Counted from the stretch's first letter, positions 1-10,848 are shown. The stretch: 64,000 bases of DNA from an uncultured Acidobacteriota bacterium (GCA_902826515.1 CADEFD010000004.1:8329-72328), one strand, 5' to 3'. A program made the numbers and translations. The notes: generated by a model from the sequence alone, not told the origin.

Positions 1-1083
1 GGCTTCGTCGAGCAGTTCGAAGACCCGCTCGGCCGAGGCCACGGTGAGCTGGATGGTGTTGGCGATGCTGCTCAGCTGCGAGATCGGCATCGAGAACTGG
101 CGGCTGTACTGGATGAACGCCTGCACGTCGCCGATGGCGATGGCGCGCCGCGTCACGAGCAGGCCGCCGATGACCGCCACCGCGACGTAGCCGAGGTTGC
201 CGATGAACATCATCACCGGGAACATGATGCCGGTCACGAACTGGGCCCGCCACGCGCCGTCGTAGTAGGTGTGGTTGAGCGTGCCGAAGCGGCTGATGGC
301 GCGGGCCTCGTGGCCGAAGGCCGTCACGATCGCGTGCCCGGCGTACATCTCGGCGACGTGGCCGTTGAGTTCGCCGAGCGCCTGCTGCTGCCGCACGAAG
401 TACCCCTGCGAACGTTTCGCGATGCGCGACACGACCATCACGCTCAGCGGCAGCGTCAGCACCACGACCACGGTCAGGATCCAGCTGATCGTGAGCATCA
501 TGACGATGATGCCGACGACGGTGAGAACCGACGTCAGCAGCTGCGTGAGGTTCTGCTGCAGTGTGCTGCTGATGTTGTCGAGGTCGTTGACGGCGCGGCT
601 CAGGATCTCGCCGTGGGTCTTCGAGTCGAAGTAGCGCAGCGGCAGGCGGCTGAACTTGGCTTCCACCGCCTGGCGCAGCGCGTAGACGGTGCGCTGGGCC
701 ACGCCCGACATCAGATACTGCTGCACGTACTGGAAGAGCGCGCTCACGACGAAGAGCACGAGCAGCGTCAGGAGCGTGCGGCTCACGGCCGCGAAGTTGA
801 TGCCGGCGCCGCCGAGCCGGCGGCTCAGGTAGCCCTCGAAGATGGTCGTCGTCACCCCGCCCATGAGCTTCGGGCCGATGACGCTGAAGAGTGTGGAGAT
901 GACGCCGGCCGCAACCACGACGAGCAGGGTGGCGCGGTGCGGCGCCAGATAACCCGCCAGCCGGCGCAGCGAGCCCTTGAAATTGCGGGCCTTCTGCGCA
1001 GGCACGCCGAGGCCGGCCATCGGACCGCGCCCGAACGGGCTGGCCGATGGCGCCTGGCGCGGCGGGGCAGCGGCCGCGCTCAT
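1..1083 (-). CDS. ABC transporter ATP-binding/permease subunit (type-1 exporter), 5' part only; gene runs off the window start
   Basis: Not in the ORF track because it leaves the window. Reverse-strand reading from ATG at 1083 (ATGA overlap with the stop of the upstream ABC gene) gives MSAAAAPPRQ...RNFKGSLRRLAGYLAPHR...SRAVNDLDNISSTLQQNL, a typical exporter transmembrane domain. Confidence 0.85.
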   Translation of the reverse strand, partial: MSAAAAPPRQAPSASPFGRGPMAGLGVPAQKARNFKGSLRRLAGYLAPHRATLLVVVAAGVISTLFSVIGPKLMGGVTTTIFEGYLSRRLGGAGINFAAVSRTLLTLLVLFVVSALFQYVQQYLMSGVAQRTVYALRQAVEAKFSRLPLRYFDSKTHGEILSRAVNDLDNISSTLQQNLTQLLTSVLTVVGIIVMMLTISWILTVVVVLTLPLSVMVVSRIAKRSQGYFVRQQQALGELNGHVAEMYAGHAIVTAFGHEARAISRFGTLNHTYYDGAWRAQFVTGIMFPVMMFIGNLGYVAVAVIGGLLVTRRAIAIGDVQAFIQYSRQFSMPISQLSSIANTIQLTVASAERVFELLDEA

Positions 1084-2807
1084 GCGACCTCCTCGCGCGA
1101 GGCCTGCGATTCGGCGATCTCGCGATAGACCTCGCAGCTGCGCATCAGCTCGGCGTGTCGGCCGATGCCGGCCACGCGGCCATCGTCGAGCACGATGATG
1201 CGGTCGGCGCCCATCACGGTGCCGATCCGCTGCGACACCACGAACACCGTGGCGGCCGTGGTCTCGGCCCTGAGCGCGGCCCGCAGCCGGGCGTCGGTCG
1301 CGAAGTCGAGCGCCGAGAAGCTGTCGTCGAACACGTAGATCGCGGCGCCGCGCACGAGCGCGCGGGCGATCGCGAGCCGCTGCTTCTGTCCGCCCGAGAG
1401 ATTCGTGCCGCCCTGCGACACCGGGGCATCGTAGCCCTCGGGCATGGCATCGATGAACTCGGCCGCCTGGGCCACGGCAGCGGCCCGGCGCATCTCGTCG
1501 TCGCTGGCCGCTTCGTGCCCGAAGCGGATGTTGGTGGCGATGGTGCCCGAGAAGAGCACGGTCTTCTGCGGCACGTAGCCGATGCCGGCGCGCAGGGCGT
1601 CCTGCCGCCACTCGCGCACGTCGACGCCGTCGACGAGCACGCGGCCGTGGTGCACGTCGTAGAAGCGCGGGATGAGGCCGGCGAGGGTGGACTTGCCGGC
1701 GCCGGTGCCGCCGATGACGGCCGTGACCTCACCGGGCCGGGCCGTGAACGACACGCCCGAGAGAGCGGGCTCTTCCGCGCCGGGATACTGGAAGGTGACG
1801 TCCTGGAACTCGACGAGACCGGTCATCGCGGCGGTCTCGCGCGGCACCGCCTGGTCGGTCACCTCGGGTTCGACCAGCAGCACCTCGGTGATGCGGGCGG
1901 CCGAGGCGGCGGCGCGCGGCAGCGTCACGAACACCGCCGTGACCATGAAGACGGCAAACAGGATCTGGATGGCGTACTGCAGCGACGCCATCATCGCGCC
2001 GACCTGCATGGTGCCGCCGTCGATCCGCGACGCGCCCAGCCACAGGATCGTGAGGCTGGTCAGGTTCATGGTCAGGAACATCGCCGGCATCAGCAGCGCC
2101 ACGAGGCGGTTGACGCGGATGGCGGTGGCCGTCACGTCCTCGTTGGCGGCGGCGAAGCGACGGCTCTCGTGGGCGCTGCGGTCGAAGGCGCGGATGACGC
2201 GCACCCCCGAGAGCCCCTCGTCGAGCACCAGGTTCAGGCGGTCGATCTTCGCCTGCATCTGCTGGAAGAGCGGCACCGCGGCCCACATGATCGCCAGGAA
2301 CACGAGCCCGAGCACCGGAATCACCGTGAGGAGCACGCGCGCGAGGCCGGCATCCTGCGAGTACGAGAGCACCACACCGCCGATCGCCATCATCGGCGCG
2401 GTGACGGCCATGCTGAGCAGCATGAGCAGCACCTGCTGCACCTGCGTCGTGTCGTTGGTGGTGCGGGTGATGAGCGACGCGGTGCTGAAGCGGTCGAACT
2501 GATGCACCGGGAAACGCGCCACCCGCGCGAAGAGGGCGTCGCGCACGGCCCGCCCGAAGCCCACGGCGACCCGCGACGAGAAGTAGCTGGCGCCGACCGC
2601 GCAGGCGGTGCCGATGACGGCGACGACGAGCATCAGCCCGCCGATCTCGAAGATCCGGCGGGTGTCGCCGACCACGATGCCGTGGTCCACGATGTCGGCC
2701 ATGAGCCGCGGCAGGTAGAGGTTGGCGAGCGACTGGGCGAGGGCGAGCGCCAGCACCGACGCCACCGGCGCGCGGAAGGGCCGGAGGAAGCGGACGAGCA
2801 TCAACAT
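1080..2807 (-). CDS. ABC transporter ATP-binding/permease subunit (MsbA/MdlB-like exporter)
   Basis: 575-aa ORF with a transmembrane domain, then Walker A GGTGAGKST, signature LSGGQKQRLAIARAL and Walker B IYVFDDSFSALD. The start/stop overlap with the downstream partner suggests a heterodimeric pair. Confidence 0.95.
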   Translation of the reverse strand: MLMLVRFLRPFRAPVASVLALALAQSLANLYLPRLMADIVDHGIVVGDTRRIFEIGGLMLVVAVIGTACAVGASYFSSRVAVGFGRAVRDALFARVARFPVHQFDRFSTASLITRTTNDTTQVQQVLLMLLSMAVTAPMMAIGGVVLSYSQDAGLARVLLTVIPVLGLVFLAIMWAAVPLFQQMQAKIDRLNLVLDEGLSGVRVIRAFDRSAHESRRFAAANEDVTATAIRVNRLVALLMPAMFLTMNLTSLTILWLGASRIDGGTMQVGAMMASLQYAIQILFAVFMVTAVFVTLPRAAASAARITEVLLVEPEVTDQAVPRETAAMTGLVEFQDVTFQYPGAEEPALSGVSFTARPGEVTAVIGGTGAGKSTLAGLIPRFYDVHHGRVLVDGVDVREWRQDALRAGIGYVPQKTVLFSGTIATNIRFGHEAASDDEMRRAAAVAQAAEFIDAMPEGYDAPVSQGGTNLSGGQKQRLAIARALVRGAAIYVFDDSFSALDFATDARLRAALRAETTAATVFVVSQRIGTVMGADRIIVLDDGRVAGIGRHAELMRSCEVYREIAESQASREEVA

Positions 2808-2844
2808 CGGCGGGATGTTCCGATCCTCTCACACCCGCGCGTCG

Positions 2845-4095
2845 TCATGGCTCGGTGATGATGCCGAGCTCGACGTAGCGCGGGCGCACGGCGTCGCGCA
2901 TCGCCGGGAGCTGCCGCCAGAACCAGAGCGCCATGAGCAGACAGGTGCCGCCGCTGAGCGCGTAGGTGGCCTCGACGCCGATCCGCGCCGCCAGCGACCC
3001 GGCGAGCAGGCTGCCGAGCGGCCCCGATCCGGCGAGCGCGATCGTGTAGAACGACATCACCCGGCCGCGCCGGTCGTCGTCCACGATCGTCTGCACGATG
3101 GTGTTCGTGGCGACCACCTGGTACATCAGGCCGTAACCGGTCACCGTCATGAGCGCCATCGACAGCCAGAGGTACGGCGACTGGCCGAGCAGGATGCAGC
3201 CGATGCCGAAGCCGCCCACGGCGAAGGCGATGAGGCGGCCGAGGCCCACGACCGTCGTGCGCAGCACGAGGCGCACCGCGCAGGCAAGCGCGCCGACGCC
3301 GGTCGCCGCCATGAGCAGCCCGAGCGTGTGGGCGCCGCCGCCCAGGGTGCGCCCGGCGAGCACCGGCGTGAGCACCGAATACGGCGCGCTCAGCACGCCG
3401 ATAGCGGCGAGGAAGATGAAGAGGGTGCGGATGGGCGTGGACTGCACGATGTAGCGCCAGCCGTCGGTGAGTTCTTCCCACACGTGGCGCTCCGTCCGCG
3501 GCCGGGTGTCGGGCGTGAGCCGCATCGCCAGCAGGCCCCAGATGACGGCGAGGTAACTGAGGCCGTCGATGAGGAAGCAGTAACCTTCGCCCACCGCCGC
3601 CACGACCACGCCGGCAATCGCCGGGCCCACGAGCCGTGTGGCGTTGAAGTTCGACGAGTTGAGGGCGATGGCGTTGCTGAGGTCGGCGCGATCGTCGATC
3701 ATCCGCACCACGAAGGCCTGGCGCGTCGGGATCTCGACCGCGCTCACGACCCCCTGGAAGAGCGCGAGGCCGATGATCCACGGGATCGTGATGTGATCCG
3801 TCAGCGTGAGCGCCGCCATGGCGAGCGACTGCGCCATGGCCAGCACCTGCACCACGATGAGCACCTTGTGGCGGTCGTAGCGGTCGAGCCAGACACCGGC
3901 AAGCGGCGGCAGGACGAGCGATGGCGCCTGGCTGGCGAAGGCGACCAGGCCGAGCAGGAACTCCGAGTCGGTGAGCCGGTAGACCAGCCACGAGGTGGCC
4001 AGCCGCGTCATCCACGAGCCGATGAGCGAGATGCCCTGGCCGATGAAGAACAGCCGGTAGTTGCGCGACCTGAGCGCGCGGAGCGGCGAACTCAC
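2845..4095 (-). CDS. MFS transporter (EntS/MFS_3-like)
   Basis: 416-aa ORF. N-terminus RSRNYRLFFIGQGISLIGSWM and about 12 hydrophobic segments. GTG start overlaps the stop of the upstream M13 peptidase gene. Confidence 0.88.
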   Translation of the reverse strand: MSSPLRALRSRNYRLFFIGQGISLIGSWMTRLATSWLVYRLTDSEFLLGLVAFASQAPSLVLPPLAGVWLDRYDRHKVLIVVQVLAMAQSLAMAALTLTDHITIPWIIGLALFQGVVSAVEIPTRQAFVVRMIDDRADLSNAIALNSSNFNATRLVGPAIAGVVVAAVGEGYCFLIDGLSYLAVIWGLLAMRLTPDTRPRTERHVWEELTDGWRYIVQSTPIRTLFIFLAAIGVLSAPYSVLTPVLAGRTLGGGAHTLGLLMAATGVGALACAVRLVLRTTVVGLGRLIAFAVGGFGIGCILLGQSPYLWLSMALMTVTGYGLMYQVVATNTIVQTIVDDDRRGRVMSFYTIALAGSGPLGSLLAGSLAARIGVEATYALSGGTCLLMALWFWRQLPAMRDAVRPRYVELGIITEP

Positions 4096-6140
4096 CAGAT
4101 CTTCACGCGTTCGTTCGGCGGCCGGTACATCCGGTCGCCCGGCTTCACGTCCCAGGCGTCGTAGAAGGCCTGGAGGTTCGTGAGCGGCACGAGCGCGCGG
4201 TAGTCACCCGGGGAGTGCGGGTCGGTCAGCAGGCGCTGGCGCAGCGCGTCCTCGCGCATGCGCGTGCGCCACACCTGCGCCCAACCCAGGAAAAACCGCT
4301 GATCGCCGGTGAACCCGTCGATGACGGGGGCGGGCGCGCCGCCGAGCGACATCCGGTAGGCGCGATGCGCCATGGCGAGGCCGCTCAGGTCGCCGATGTT
4401 CTCGCCGAGGGTCAGGCGGCCGTTGATCTTCATGCCGGGCAGCGGCTCGTAGGCCTCGAACTGCGCGGCCAGCCGGCCCGTACGCTCCTCGAAGGCCTTC
4501 AGGTCGGCCTCCGTGAACCAGTTGCGCAGGTTGCCGTCGCCGTCGGACTTGGCGCCCTGATCGTCGAAGCCGTGGCTGATCTCGTGGCCGATGACGGCGC
4601 CGATGGCACCGTAGTTGACGGCGTCGTCGGCCTCCACGTTGAAGAAGGGCGGCTGCAGGATCGCGGCCGGGAACACGATCTCGTTGTTGGCGGGGTTGTA
4701 GTAGGCATTGACCGTCTGCGGCGTCATGCTCCAGCGCGCGCGGTCCACCGGCTGGCCGAGCCGCGTCACCATGTCGTCGTAGGCGAAGGTGTAGGCGCGC
4801 TTCGCGTTGCCGAGGGCGTCGTCCTTCTTCACGACGATCGACGAGACGTCACGCCACTGGTCGGGATAGGCGATCTTCACGCTGAACTTCGCGAGTTTGG
4901 CCTGCGCCTGGGCCTTGGTGGCCGGGCTCATCCACTCGAGCTCGTCGATGCCCGCCTTGAACGCGGCGAGCAGGTTCGTCACGAGCTGGTCCATGCGCGC
5001 CTTCGCGTCGGCCTTGAAATACCGCTCCACGTAGAGCCGGCCGAGCGCCTCGCCGATGGCGCCTTCCACTTCGTCGACGCCGCGTTTGGGCCGCGGCCGC
5101 ATTTCCTGCTGGCCTGACAGCGTTCTGCCGCGGAACTCGAACTGCGCCCGGCCGAACGCCTCCGGCAGTTCATCGGCGTAGGTGGCGAGCACGCGGAAGA
5201 CGAGCAGCTCCTTCCACGTCGCGAGCGGCGTCTCGCGCAGGATGGCATCGAGCGCCTTCAGGTAGTCGGGTTGACGCACCACGACGTCGGTGGCCTTCTC
5301 GAGGCCGGCCGCGCGCAGGTAGGCCGGCCAGGTGAACGACGGCGTCAGCGCGCCGAGCTCCGCCACGGTCATCTTGTTATAGGTGGCGTCGCGGTCGCGC
5401 GTGCGGGCGCGGTCCCAGTGTTTCTCGGCGATGGCCGTCTCGAGCGCGAGGATGCGGGCGGCGGCGCCGGCCGGGTCCGGCTGCTTTGCGAGCGTCAGCA
5501 TCGTCGTGATGTAGGTGACGTAGGCGGCCCGCGTGGCGTCGAACCTCTCGTCCTTCCGCAGGTAGTAGTCGCGGTCGGGCATGCCGAGGCCCGACTGGTT
5601 CACCGACACGATGTAGCTGTCGGACTTCTTCTGGTCCTGGCCCACGAAGGCGACGAACGGGCCGCCCACGCCGATGCGCGCCATGCGGCCGAAGAGCCCT
5701 GGCAGGTCGCCCGGCGCGGTGAGCGCCGCAATCGCCTTGAGCTCGGTGCCGAGCGGCTCGGTGCCGAGCGCCTCGATACGCGCCGTGTCCATGAAGGCCA
5801 GATAGAGGTCCGCGACCTGCTGCGCCGTGGACCCCGGCGTCTGCGGCGTCTTCGTGACCGAATCGATGATCTCCTTGAGCGCCGCGTCGCTCTTGTCGGC
5901 GAGCTCGACGAACGACCCCCACGTCGAGCGGTCAGCCGGGATCTCCGTGGTCTTCATCCAGGTGCCGTTGACGAAGCGGTTGAAGTCGTCCTGCGGACGC
6001 ACGGTGCGGTCGAAGGCGGCGAGATCGACGCCCAGGGCGCGTGGCGCCGGCTGCGCGGTGAGGGCGGCGCCGCCGGCGGCGAGGGCCACGAGCGCGGCGG
6101 CGCATACGGAGCGGGCGGAGGTCCGGAGGATGCGGGTCAT
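4092..6140 (-). CDS. M13 family zinc metallopeptidase (PepO / endothelin-converting-enzyme-like), secreted
   Basis: HEISHGFDDQG (HExxH) and GENIGDLSG motifs. Signal-like N-terminus MTRILRTSARSVCAAALVALAAGGAALTAQ from ATG at 6140. The ORF-track start at 6179 is an alternative. Confidence 0.93.
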   Translation of the reverse strand: MTRILRTSARSVCAAALVALAAGGAALTAQPAPRALGVDLAAFDRTVRPQDDFNRFVNGTWMKTTEIPADRSTWGSFVELADKSDAALKEIIDSVTKTPQTPGSTAQQVADLYLAFMDTARIEALGTEPLGTELKAIAALTAPGDLPGLFGRMARIGVGGPFVAFVGQDQKKSDSYIVSVNQSGLGMPDRDYYLRKDERFDATRAAYVTYITTMLTLAKQPDPAGAAARILALETAIAEKHWDRARTRDRDATYNKMTVAELGALTPSFTWPAYLRAAGLEKATDVVVRQPDYLKALDAILRETPLATWKELLVFRVLATYADELPEAFGRAQFEFRGRTLSGQQEMRPRPKRGVDEVEGAIGEALGRLYVERYFKADAKARMDQLVTNLLAAFKAGIDELEWMSPATKAQAQAKLAKFSVKIAYPDQWRDVSSIVVKKDDALGNAKRAYTFAYDDMVTRLGQPVDRARWSMTPQTVNAYYNPANNEIVFPAAILQPPFFNVEADDAVNYGAIGAVIGHEISHGFDDQGAKSDGDGNLRNWFTEADLKAFEERTGRLAAQFEAYEPLPGMKINGRLTLGENIGDLSGLAMAHRAYRMSLGGAPAPVIDGFTGDQRFFLGWAQVWRTRMREDALRQRLLTDPHSPGDYRALVPLTNLQAFYDAWDVKPGDRMYRPPNERVKIW

Positions 6141-6204
6141 GGCCGGCCTTCTGGGGTGGTGCGGCCGGAGATCGGCCACTCCGCGCAGAATACCATCGGG
6201 CCCG

Positions 6205-6210
6205 TATAAT
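6205..6210 (+). promoter_or_regulatory. -10-like TATAAT hexamer upstream of the S1-domain gene
   Basis: Perfect TATAAT in GC-rich intergenic DNA, 24 nt before GTG 6235, with GGAGAG at 6224-6229 as a Shine-Dalgarno candidate. No convincing -35 seen. Confidence 0.3.
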
Positions 6211-6234
6211 CAGACGGTTCCGCAGGAGAGTGCA

Positions 6235-7665
6235 GTGAGCGAGCAGGAAGAAGATTTCGCCGCGTTGTTCGAGGCCTCGGTCAAGACCGCGAAGCAGTTC
6301 GATCGGGGCCAGATGGTGGACGGCACCGTCGTGTCGATTGGCCCGAAGGTGGCGCTCGTCAGCATCGGCGGCAAGAGCGAGGCCGAGATCGAGGTGGCCG
6401 AGCTCAAGGACGCCGACGGCGACATCGAGGTGTCGGTGGGCGATCGCCTGCAGGCGATGGTCGTTTCGACCGCCGGCGGCCTGAAACTGTCGCGCAAGGG
6501 CGTGCGCAATGCCGCCACGCAGCGCGAGCTGGAAGACGCCTACGAGGCCGGCCTCGCCGTGGAAGGCCGCGTCGAGAAGGAAGTGAAGGGCGGCTACGAG
6601 GTGCGCATCGCCCGCGAGCGCGCCTTCTGCCCGTTCTCGCAGATCGACATCGTGCGCACGGCCGATCCGGCAGTGCACGTCGGCCAGACCTACACGTTCC
6701 GCATCATCGAGTACAAGGACGGCGGCAAGAACCTCGTGGTGTCGCGCCGCCGCCAGCTCGAAGAGGCGCAGCGCGCCAACGCGGACGCCGTGCGCGCCTC
6801 GATCGTGCCGGGTGCGGTGCTGACGGGCCGCGTCACCTCGGTGCTCGACTTCGGCGCGTTCGTGGACCTCGGCGGCATCCAGGGCCTGCTCCATGTGTCG
6901 GAGATGGGCTGGTCGCGCGTCTCGGCCAACGAAGTGACGGCGCCCGGCGACCAGATCACCGTGAAGGTGCTGCGGGTCGACGACGCCACCGGCAAGATCT
7001 CGCTCGGCCTGAAGCAGCTCCAGAACGATCCATGGGTCCACGCGGCCGGGAGCTACGCCGTCGGGCAGGTACGCACCGGCAAGGTGACGCGCGTCGCCGA
7101 GTTCGGCGCGTTCGTGGAACTCGAACCGGGCATCGAAGCGCTGGCCCATGCCTCCACCTTCCCGCCCACCGGCCGCGCCGGCGGCTGGGCGAAGGCGATC
7201 GCGCCCGGCACGACCGGCGCGTTCGAGGTGCTCACGATCGATCCGGCACAGAAGCGCATCGGCGTGGCGATGGTCGAGGAAGGCACGACCCGCGCCGCCG
7301 GCGCGACCTCCGCCAAGGAAGGGATCGTGCCTGGCGCCATCGTGACCGGCAAGGTGGACAAACACGAGAAGTTCGGCGTGTTCGTCTTCCTGGCGCCCGG
7401 CAAGACCGGGCTCATTCCGTTCTCGGAAACCGGCGTCGATCGCGACGAAGACATGCTGAAGACCTTCCCGCTCGGGAGCGAGGTCGAGGTCGTGGTGCTC
7501 GAGGTGGATCCGGCCGGCCGCCGCATTCGCCTGAGCCGCAAGGCCGTGGCCCAGCAGCGTGAGCAGGCGGAACTGCGTGAGTACGCTCAGCGTCCGGATG
7601 CCGCGCCGGGTGCGTCGCTCGGCTCGCTCGCCGACAAGCTGCGCGGCGCGCTCGGCGGCCGCTAG
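6235..7665 (+). CDS. S1 RNA-binding domain protein with five S1 repeats (RpsA-like)
   Basis: GTG at 6235 is in frame with ORF 5827..7665 and preceded by GGAGAG. Repeated G-x-V-x-G-x-V-x(3)-FGAFV-type modules (VLTGRVTSVLDFGAFVDLGG, VRTGKVTRVAEFGAFVELEPG, IVTGKVDKHEKFGVFVFLAPG). The upstream part of the ORF overlaps the M13 gene and looks non-coding. Confidence 0.85.
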   Translation: MSEQEEDFAALFEASVKTAKQFDRGQMVDGTVVSIGPKVALVSIGGKSEAEIEVAELKDADGDIEVSVGDRLQAMVVSTAGGLKLSRKGVRNAATQRELEDAYEAGLAVEGRVEKEVKGGYEVRIARERAFCPFSQIDIVRTADPAVHVGQTYTFRIIEYKDGGKNLVVSRRRQLEEAQRANADAVRASIVPGAVLTGRVTSVLDFGAFVDLGGIQGLLHVSEMGWSRVSANEVTAPGDQITVKVLRVDDATGKISLGLKQLQNDPWVHAAGSYAVGQVRTGKVTRVAEFGAFVELEPGIEALAHASTFPPTGRAGGWAKAIAPGTTGAFEVLTIDPAQKRIGVAMVEEGTTRAAGATSAKEGIVPGAIVTGKVDKHEKFGVFVFLAPGKTGLIPFSETGVDRDEDMLKTFPLGSEVEVVVLEVDPAGRRIRLSRKAVAQQREQAELREYAQRPDAAPGASLGSLADKLRGALGGR

Positions 7666-7679
7666 CGCCGGTCCCGGCC

Positions 7680-10187
7680 TCAGCGCGCCAGCACGTCGCT
7701 CAGCGTCTGCAGCAGCGTGCCGGCGGTGAACGGCTTCGAGAGGAAGCAGCCCGGCGGCAGGCCCGCGGCACGTGCCAGCGCCTCGTTGCTGCTGATGCCG
7801 CTCGCGGCGATGATCCGCACGTCGGGCGCGCGGCGCCGCAGCTCGCGGATGAGGCCTTCGCCGCCGAGCACCGGCATCATCATGTCGGTCACGACCACGG
7901 CGATGGCGGCCGGATCCGCCGCCACGACCTCCACCGCCTCGGCGCCGTTCGTCGCGACGAGCACGCGGTACCCGGCGGCTTCGAGGGCGTGTTTCGCCAC
8001 GTGCCGGATCGCGGGTTCGTCATCCACGAAGAGCACGGTCTCGCCGGCGCCGGCTGCCAGCGGCCGCGGCGTCGTCTCGGCCGCCGCCGCCGGGGCCGCG
8101 CCGGGCGTGGGCAGGTAGACGCGGAAGCGCGTGCCGCGGCCCGGCTCGCTGTAGACGCGGATCTGGCCGCCGTGATTGCGCACGATCGTGAGCGACGTCG
8201 AGAGGCCGAGGCCGGTGCCCTTGCCCGGCGCCTTGGTGGTGAAGAACGGATCGAAGATCCGGTCGATGTCACTCGCCGGGATGCCGATGCCGCTGTCTTC
8301 CACCTCGATGACCACATAGGCGCCGGCGGCGGCGTCGCGCAGGAGCGGCTCGCCGAGCGAGGGCAGCGACATCGCCGAGGCCGAGACGTGCAGGCGTCCG
8401 CCGCCGGGCATCGCATCGCGCGCGTTCACGCACAGGTTGAGCAGCACCTGGTGGAACTGCGTGGGGTCGCCGACGAGCGGCGGCAGGCCGTCCTCGACGG
8501 CCGATGAGATGGCGATGTCCTTCGGCAGCGTGTCGCGCGCGATCTGCACCACGTCGTCGACGAGCGGCCCGACGGGCACTTCCACGCGGCGGCCGTCCTG
8601 GCCGCGCGCGAAGGACAGCACCTGTCGCACCATCTCGGCGCCGCGCCTGGCGCTCTCGCCGACCTTGGCGAGCAGGTCGCGGCTGTCGTCGTCGGTGGCC
8701 TGTTCGTAGAGGATCTCGTTGGCCAGCATGATCGGCTGCAGCACGTTGTTGAGATCGTGCGCGATGCCGCCGGCCAGCGTGCCGATGCTTTCGAGCCGCT
8801 GTGCGCGGTAGAACTGCTGTTCGAGCTGCCGCCGCTCGGTGACGTCGGTGTCGATCGTGAGCAGACTCATCGGTTCGCCGCGTGCATCGCGCACGAGGGT
8901 CCAGCGGCTCTGCGTGATGACGCGGCGGCCGTCGCGGGCCCGCGGCTGCAGTTCGCCCACCCAGGTGCCGGTGGCGGCGGCCTGGGTGATGGCCGCGTCC
9001 ACGGCGGCGCGGTCGTGCGCGTGCAGCAGGTCGGCCACCGTGCGCCCGAGCACCTCGTGCGCCGGCCAGCCGTAGAGCCGCTCGGCGCTGCGGTTCCAGT
9101 AGGTGAGGCGGTCGTCGAGGCCGCTCACCATGATGGCGTCCTGCGCTTCGTCGAGCAGCGAGGCCTGTTCGGTGAGCCGCCGGTTGACGCGTTGCTGGCG
9201 CACGAGCAGCACGGCGCCGACGAGACAGACGAGCGCGATCGCCAGGCTCACGAGCGTGCCCACGGTGTAATAGGTGCGGGCGCGCTGCTCGACCGGCGCC
9301 AGGGCCGCCGTTTCGGACGTGGCGACCGCGGCGATGACGGGATAGCCGGAGAGTTCGCGGTAGGCCACGATCCGGCGGTGGCCGTCCTGCTCGCCTTCGT
9401 CCAGGTAGCGGCCGATAGGGCGGGCCGCAACTTCCCGCATGAGCTGCGAGCCCGAGATGTCGGAGCCGAACGACGTGACCGGGCCGCGCCGCAGGGCGAG
9501 GGTGATGCCGCTCGCGAGTGTCTGCGTCATGACGTCGAGCGGCCCGAGGGCGGTCTGCTCGAAGAGCGATGTCAGGTAGCGCGGCTCGAGCGAGATGAGC
9601 ACCATGCCGCCGAATCCGCCATCGGGCCGGGTCACGCGCCGCGAGAACGTGATCACCCAGCGGCCGCTGATGCGTCCGAGCACGGGCGCCGACACCAGCA
9701 GATCGCGCGACGGGTTGTCGCGGTGGTACTGGAACAACGGCCGGTCGGCGGCATTGGTCGCGGTGAACTCGCTGACCGACTCAAGCGCGTCGCCGCGCGC
9801 GTCGAACACGCCCATGAGCGTGATGCTGCGTGTGCCGGCGAAGGCCGGCGCGACCAGCTCGGTGAGCGGCACGCGCGGCGGCGCGTGTTCGGCCTGATGC
9901 CGCATCAGCACCAGGAACTGATCGATGCCCTGAATGAGCTGCTGCGTCTGCACGTCGAGCGCGAGCGCGAGGTTCGTGTTGCGGCCGAACTCGGCCTCCA
10001 GGGCCTCGGCCCGTTCTCCGTGGACGCGGCTGACCAGCGTCACCCAAAGCCCGGCGAGGAGCACGAGACCGAACACGACGAGCGCGATGGCGCCGCCGGG
10101 GACGCCGCGCGCGCGGCGTCGCGGCGCCAGCGGCCGGCGAGCCGGGGCGTCTGCGGTCGCGACGGGCGTGGCCAGGGGCGGCTCCAT
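7680..10187 (-). CDS. Hybrid sensor histidine kinase/response regulator (periplasmic sensor domain, PAS, HisKA, HATPase, REC)
   Basis: 835 aa. Two TM segments flank a roughly 270-aa extracytoplasmic region, followed by a PAS-like segment. H-box [16 protein letters not shown] boxes [28 protein letters not shown]-terminal receiver [11 protein letters not shown]...DMMMP...SKPF. Confidence 0.9.
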   Translation of the reverse strand: MEPPLATPVATADAPARRPLAPRRRARGVPGGAIALVVFGLVLLAGLWVTLVSRVHGERAEALEAEFGRNTNLALALDVQTQQLIQGIDQFLVLMRHQAEHAPPRVPLTELVAPAFAGTRSITLMGVFDARGDALESVSEFTATNAADRPLFQYHRDNPSRDLLVSAPVLGRISGRWVITFSRRVTRPDGGFGGMVLISLEPRYLTSLFEQTALGPLDVMTQTLASGITLALRRGPVTSFGSDISGSQLMREVAARPIGRYLDEGEQDGHRRIVAYRELSGYPVIAAVATSETAALAPVEQRARTYYTVGTLVSLAIALVCLVGAVLLVRQQRVNRRLTEQASLLDEAQDAIMVSGLDDRLTYWNRSAERLYGWPAHEVLGRTVADLLHAHDRAAVDAAITQAAATGTWVGELQPRARDGRRVITQSRWTLVRDARGEPMSLLTIDTDVTERRQLEQQFYRAQRLESIGTLAGGIAHDLNNVLQPIMLANEILYEQATDDDSRDLLAKVGESARRGAEMVRQVLSFARGQDGRRVEVPVGPLVDDVVQIARDTLPKDIAISSAVEDGLPPLVGDPTQFHQVLLNLCVNARDAMPGGGRLHVSASAMSLPSLGEPLLRDAAAGAYVVIEVEDSGIGIPASDIDRIFDPFFTTKAPGKGTGLGLSTSLTIVRNHGGQIRVYSEPGRGTRFRVYLPTPGAAPAAAAETTPRPLAAGAGETVLFVDDEPAIRHVAKHALEAAGYRVLVATNGAEAVEVVAADPAAIAVVVTDMMMPVLGGEGLIRELRRRAPDVRIIAASGISSNEALARAAGLPPGCFLSKPFTAGTLLQTLSDVLAR

Positions 10188-10314
10188 CCGGTAAGTGTGC
10201 GGATTCTAAGCCGGGTGCCCGGCGGTCACGCCATGCATTGCGGATGAGGTGGCTCCGTGTGGCAAGATGCCCCCGCGCCCGCTGCCGGCCGAGGCCGGCG
10301 TTCCGGAGAGTCCG

Positions 10315-10845
10315 ATGAAGTGTGTGTCGTCTGTCGTGGCGGTCGTGCTGTGTCTGACCTGCAGCTCAGCCATGGCCGGTCCTGCCTCGGGCAGCGTGCG
10401 GTCGAAGACCGGGGCCATCCAGCCGAAACGGGCCGTCGCCTACGTGGTGCGCGACGACCGCGACGCCGCGCCCCGCGTCGAAGTGCTGCTCACCGACGCC
10501 GCCATCGACGTGACGCGCCTGCGCGGGGAGCCCGATCCGCACCGTGCGGCAATCAACCTCGAGGCGCTGCGCGATCACGACTACCTGCTGCTCTGGGTGG
10601 CGGCGGATGGCACCGTGACGATGAATGCCACCTATTCGAAGACGATGACGCAGTACATCAACGACACCGAGGGCGGCCTGATGGCGACCTTCACCGTCAA
10701 CACGCCGCAGAAGATCGAAGGCCGCGTGCATTCGCCCGTGCCGCTCAGGAGCGTGGACGGCGCCAGCTACACGATCGACGTGAAGTTCTCCGCCGATGTA
10801 CTGGCCGGTCCGCCGTCCCCCGGGGCCCCGGCCGGCCCCCGCTGA
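10315..10845 (+). CDS. Hypothetical secreted protein
   Basis: ATG 10315 preceded by GGAGAG. Signal peptide MKCVSSVVAVVLCLTCSSAMA. High GC3. No motif recognised. Confidence 0.5.
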   Translation: MKCVSSVVAVVLCLTCSSAMAGPASGSVRSKTGAIQPKRAVAYVVRDDRDAAPRVEVLLTDAAIDVTRLRGEPDPHRAAINLEALRDHDYLLLWVAADGTVTMNATYSKTMTQYINDTEGGLMATFTVNTPQKIEGRVHSPVPLRSVDGASYTIDVKFSADVLAGPPSPGAPAGPR

Positions 10846-10848
10846 TCG

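Noticed and set aside
1047-2858. 603-aa plus-strand ORF antisense to the ABC transporter gene
   Set aside because: Its composition is Arg/Gly/His/Asp/Glu-rich and low-complexity, as expected for shadow frames in GC-rich DNA. The opposite strand has unambiguous Walker and signature motifs.
5827-6234. 5' extension of the S1-domain ORF
   Set aside because: The extension overlaps the M13 peptidase coding region and its promoter side, and it lacks S1-like sequence. GTG 6235 has a GGAGAG site and yields a sensible N-terminus.
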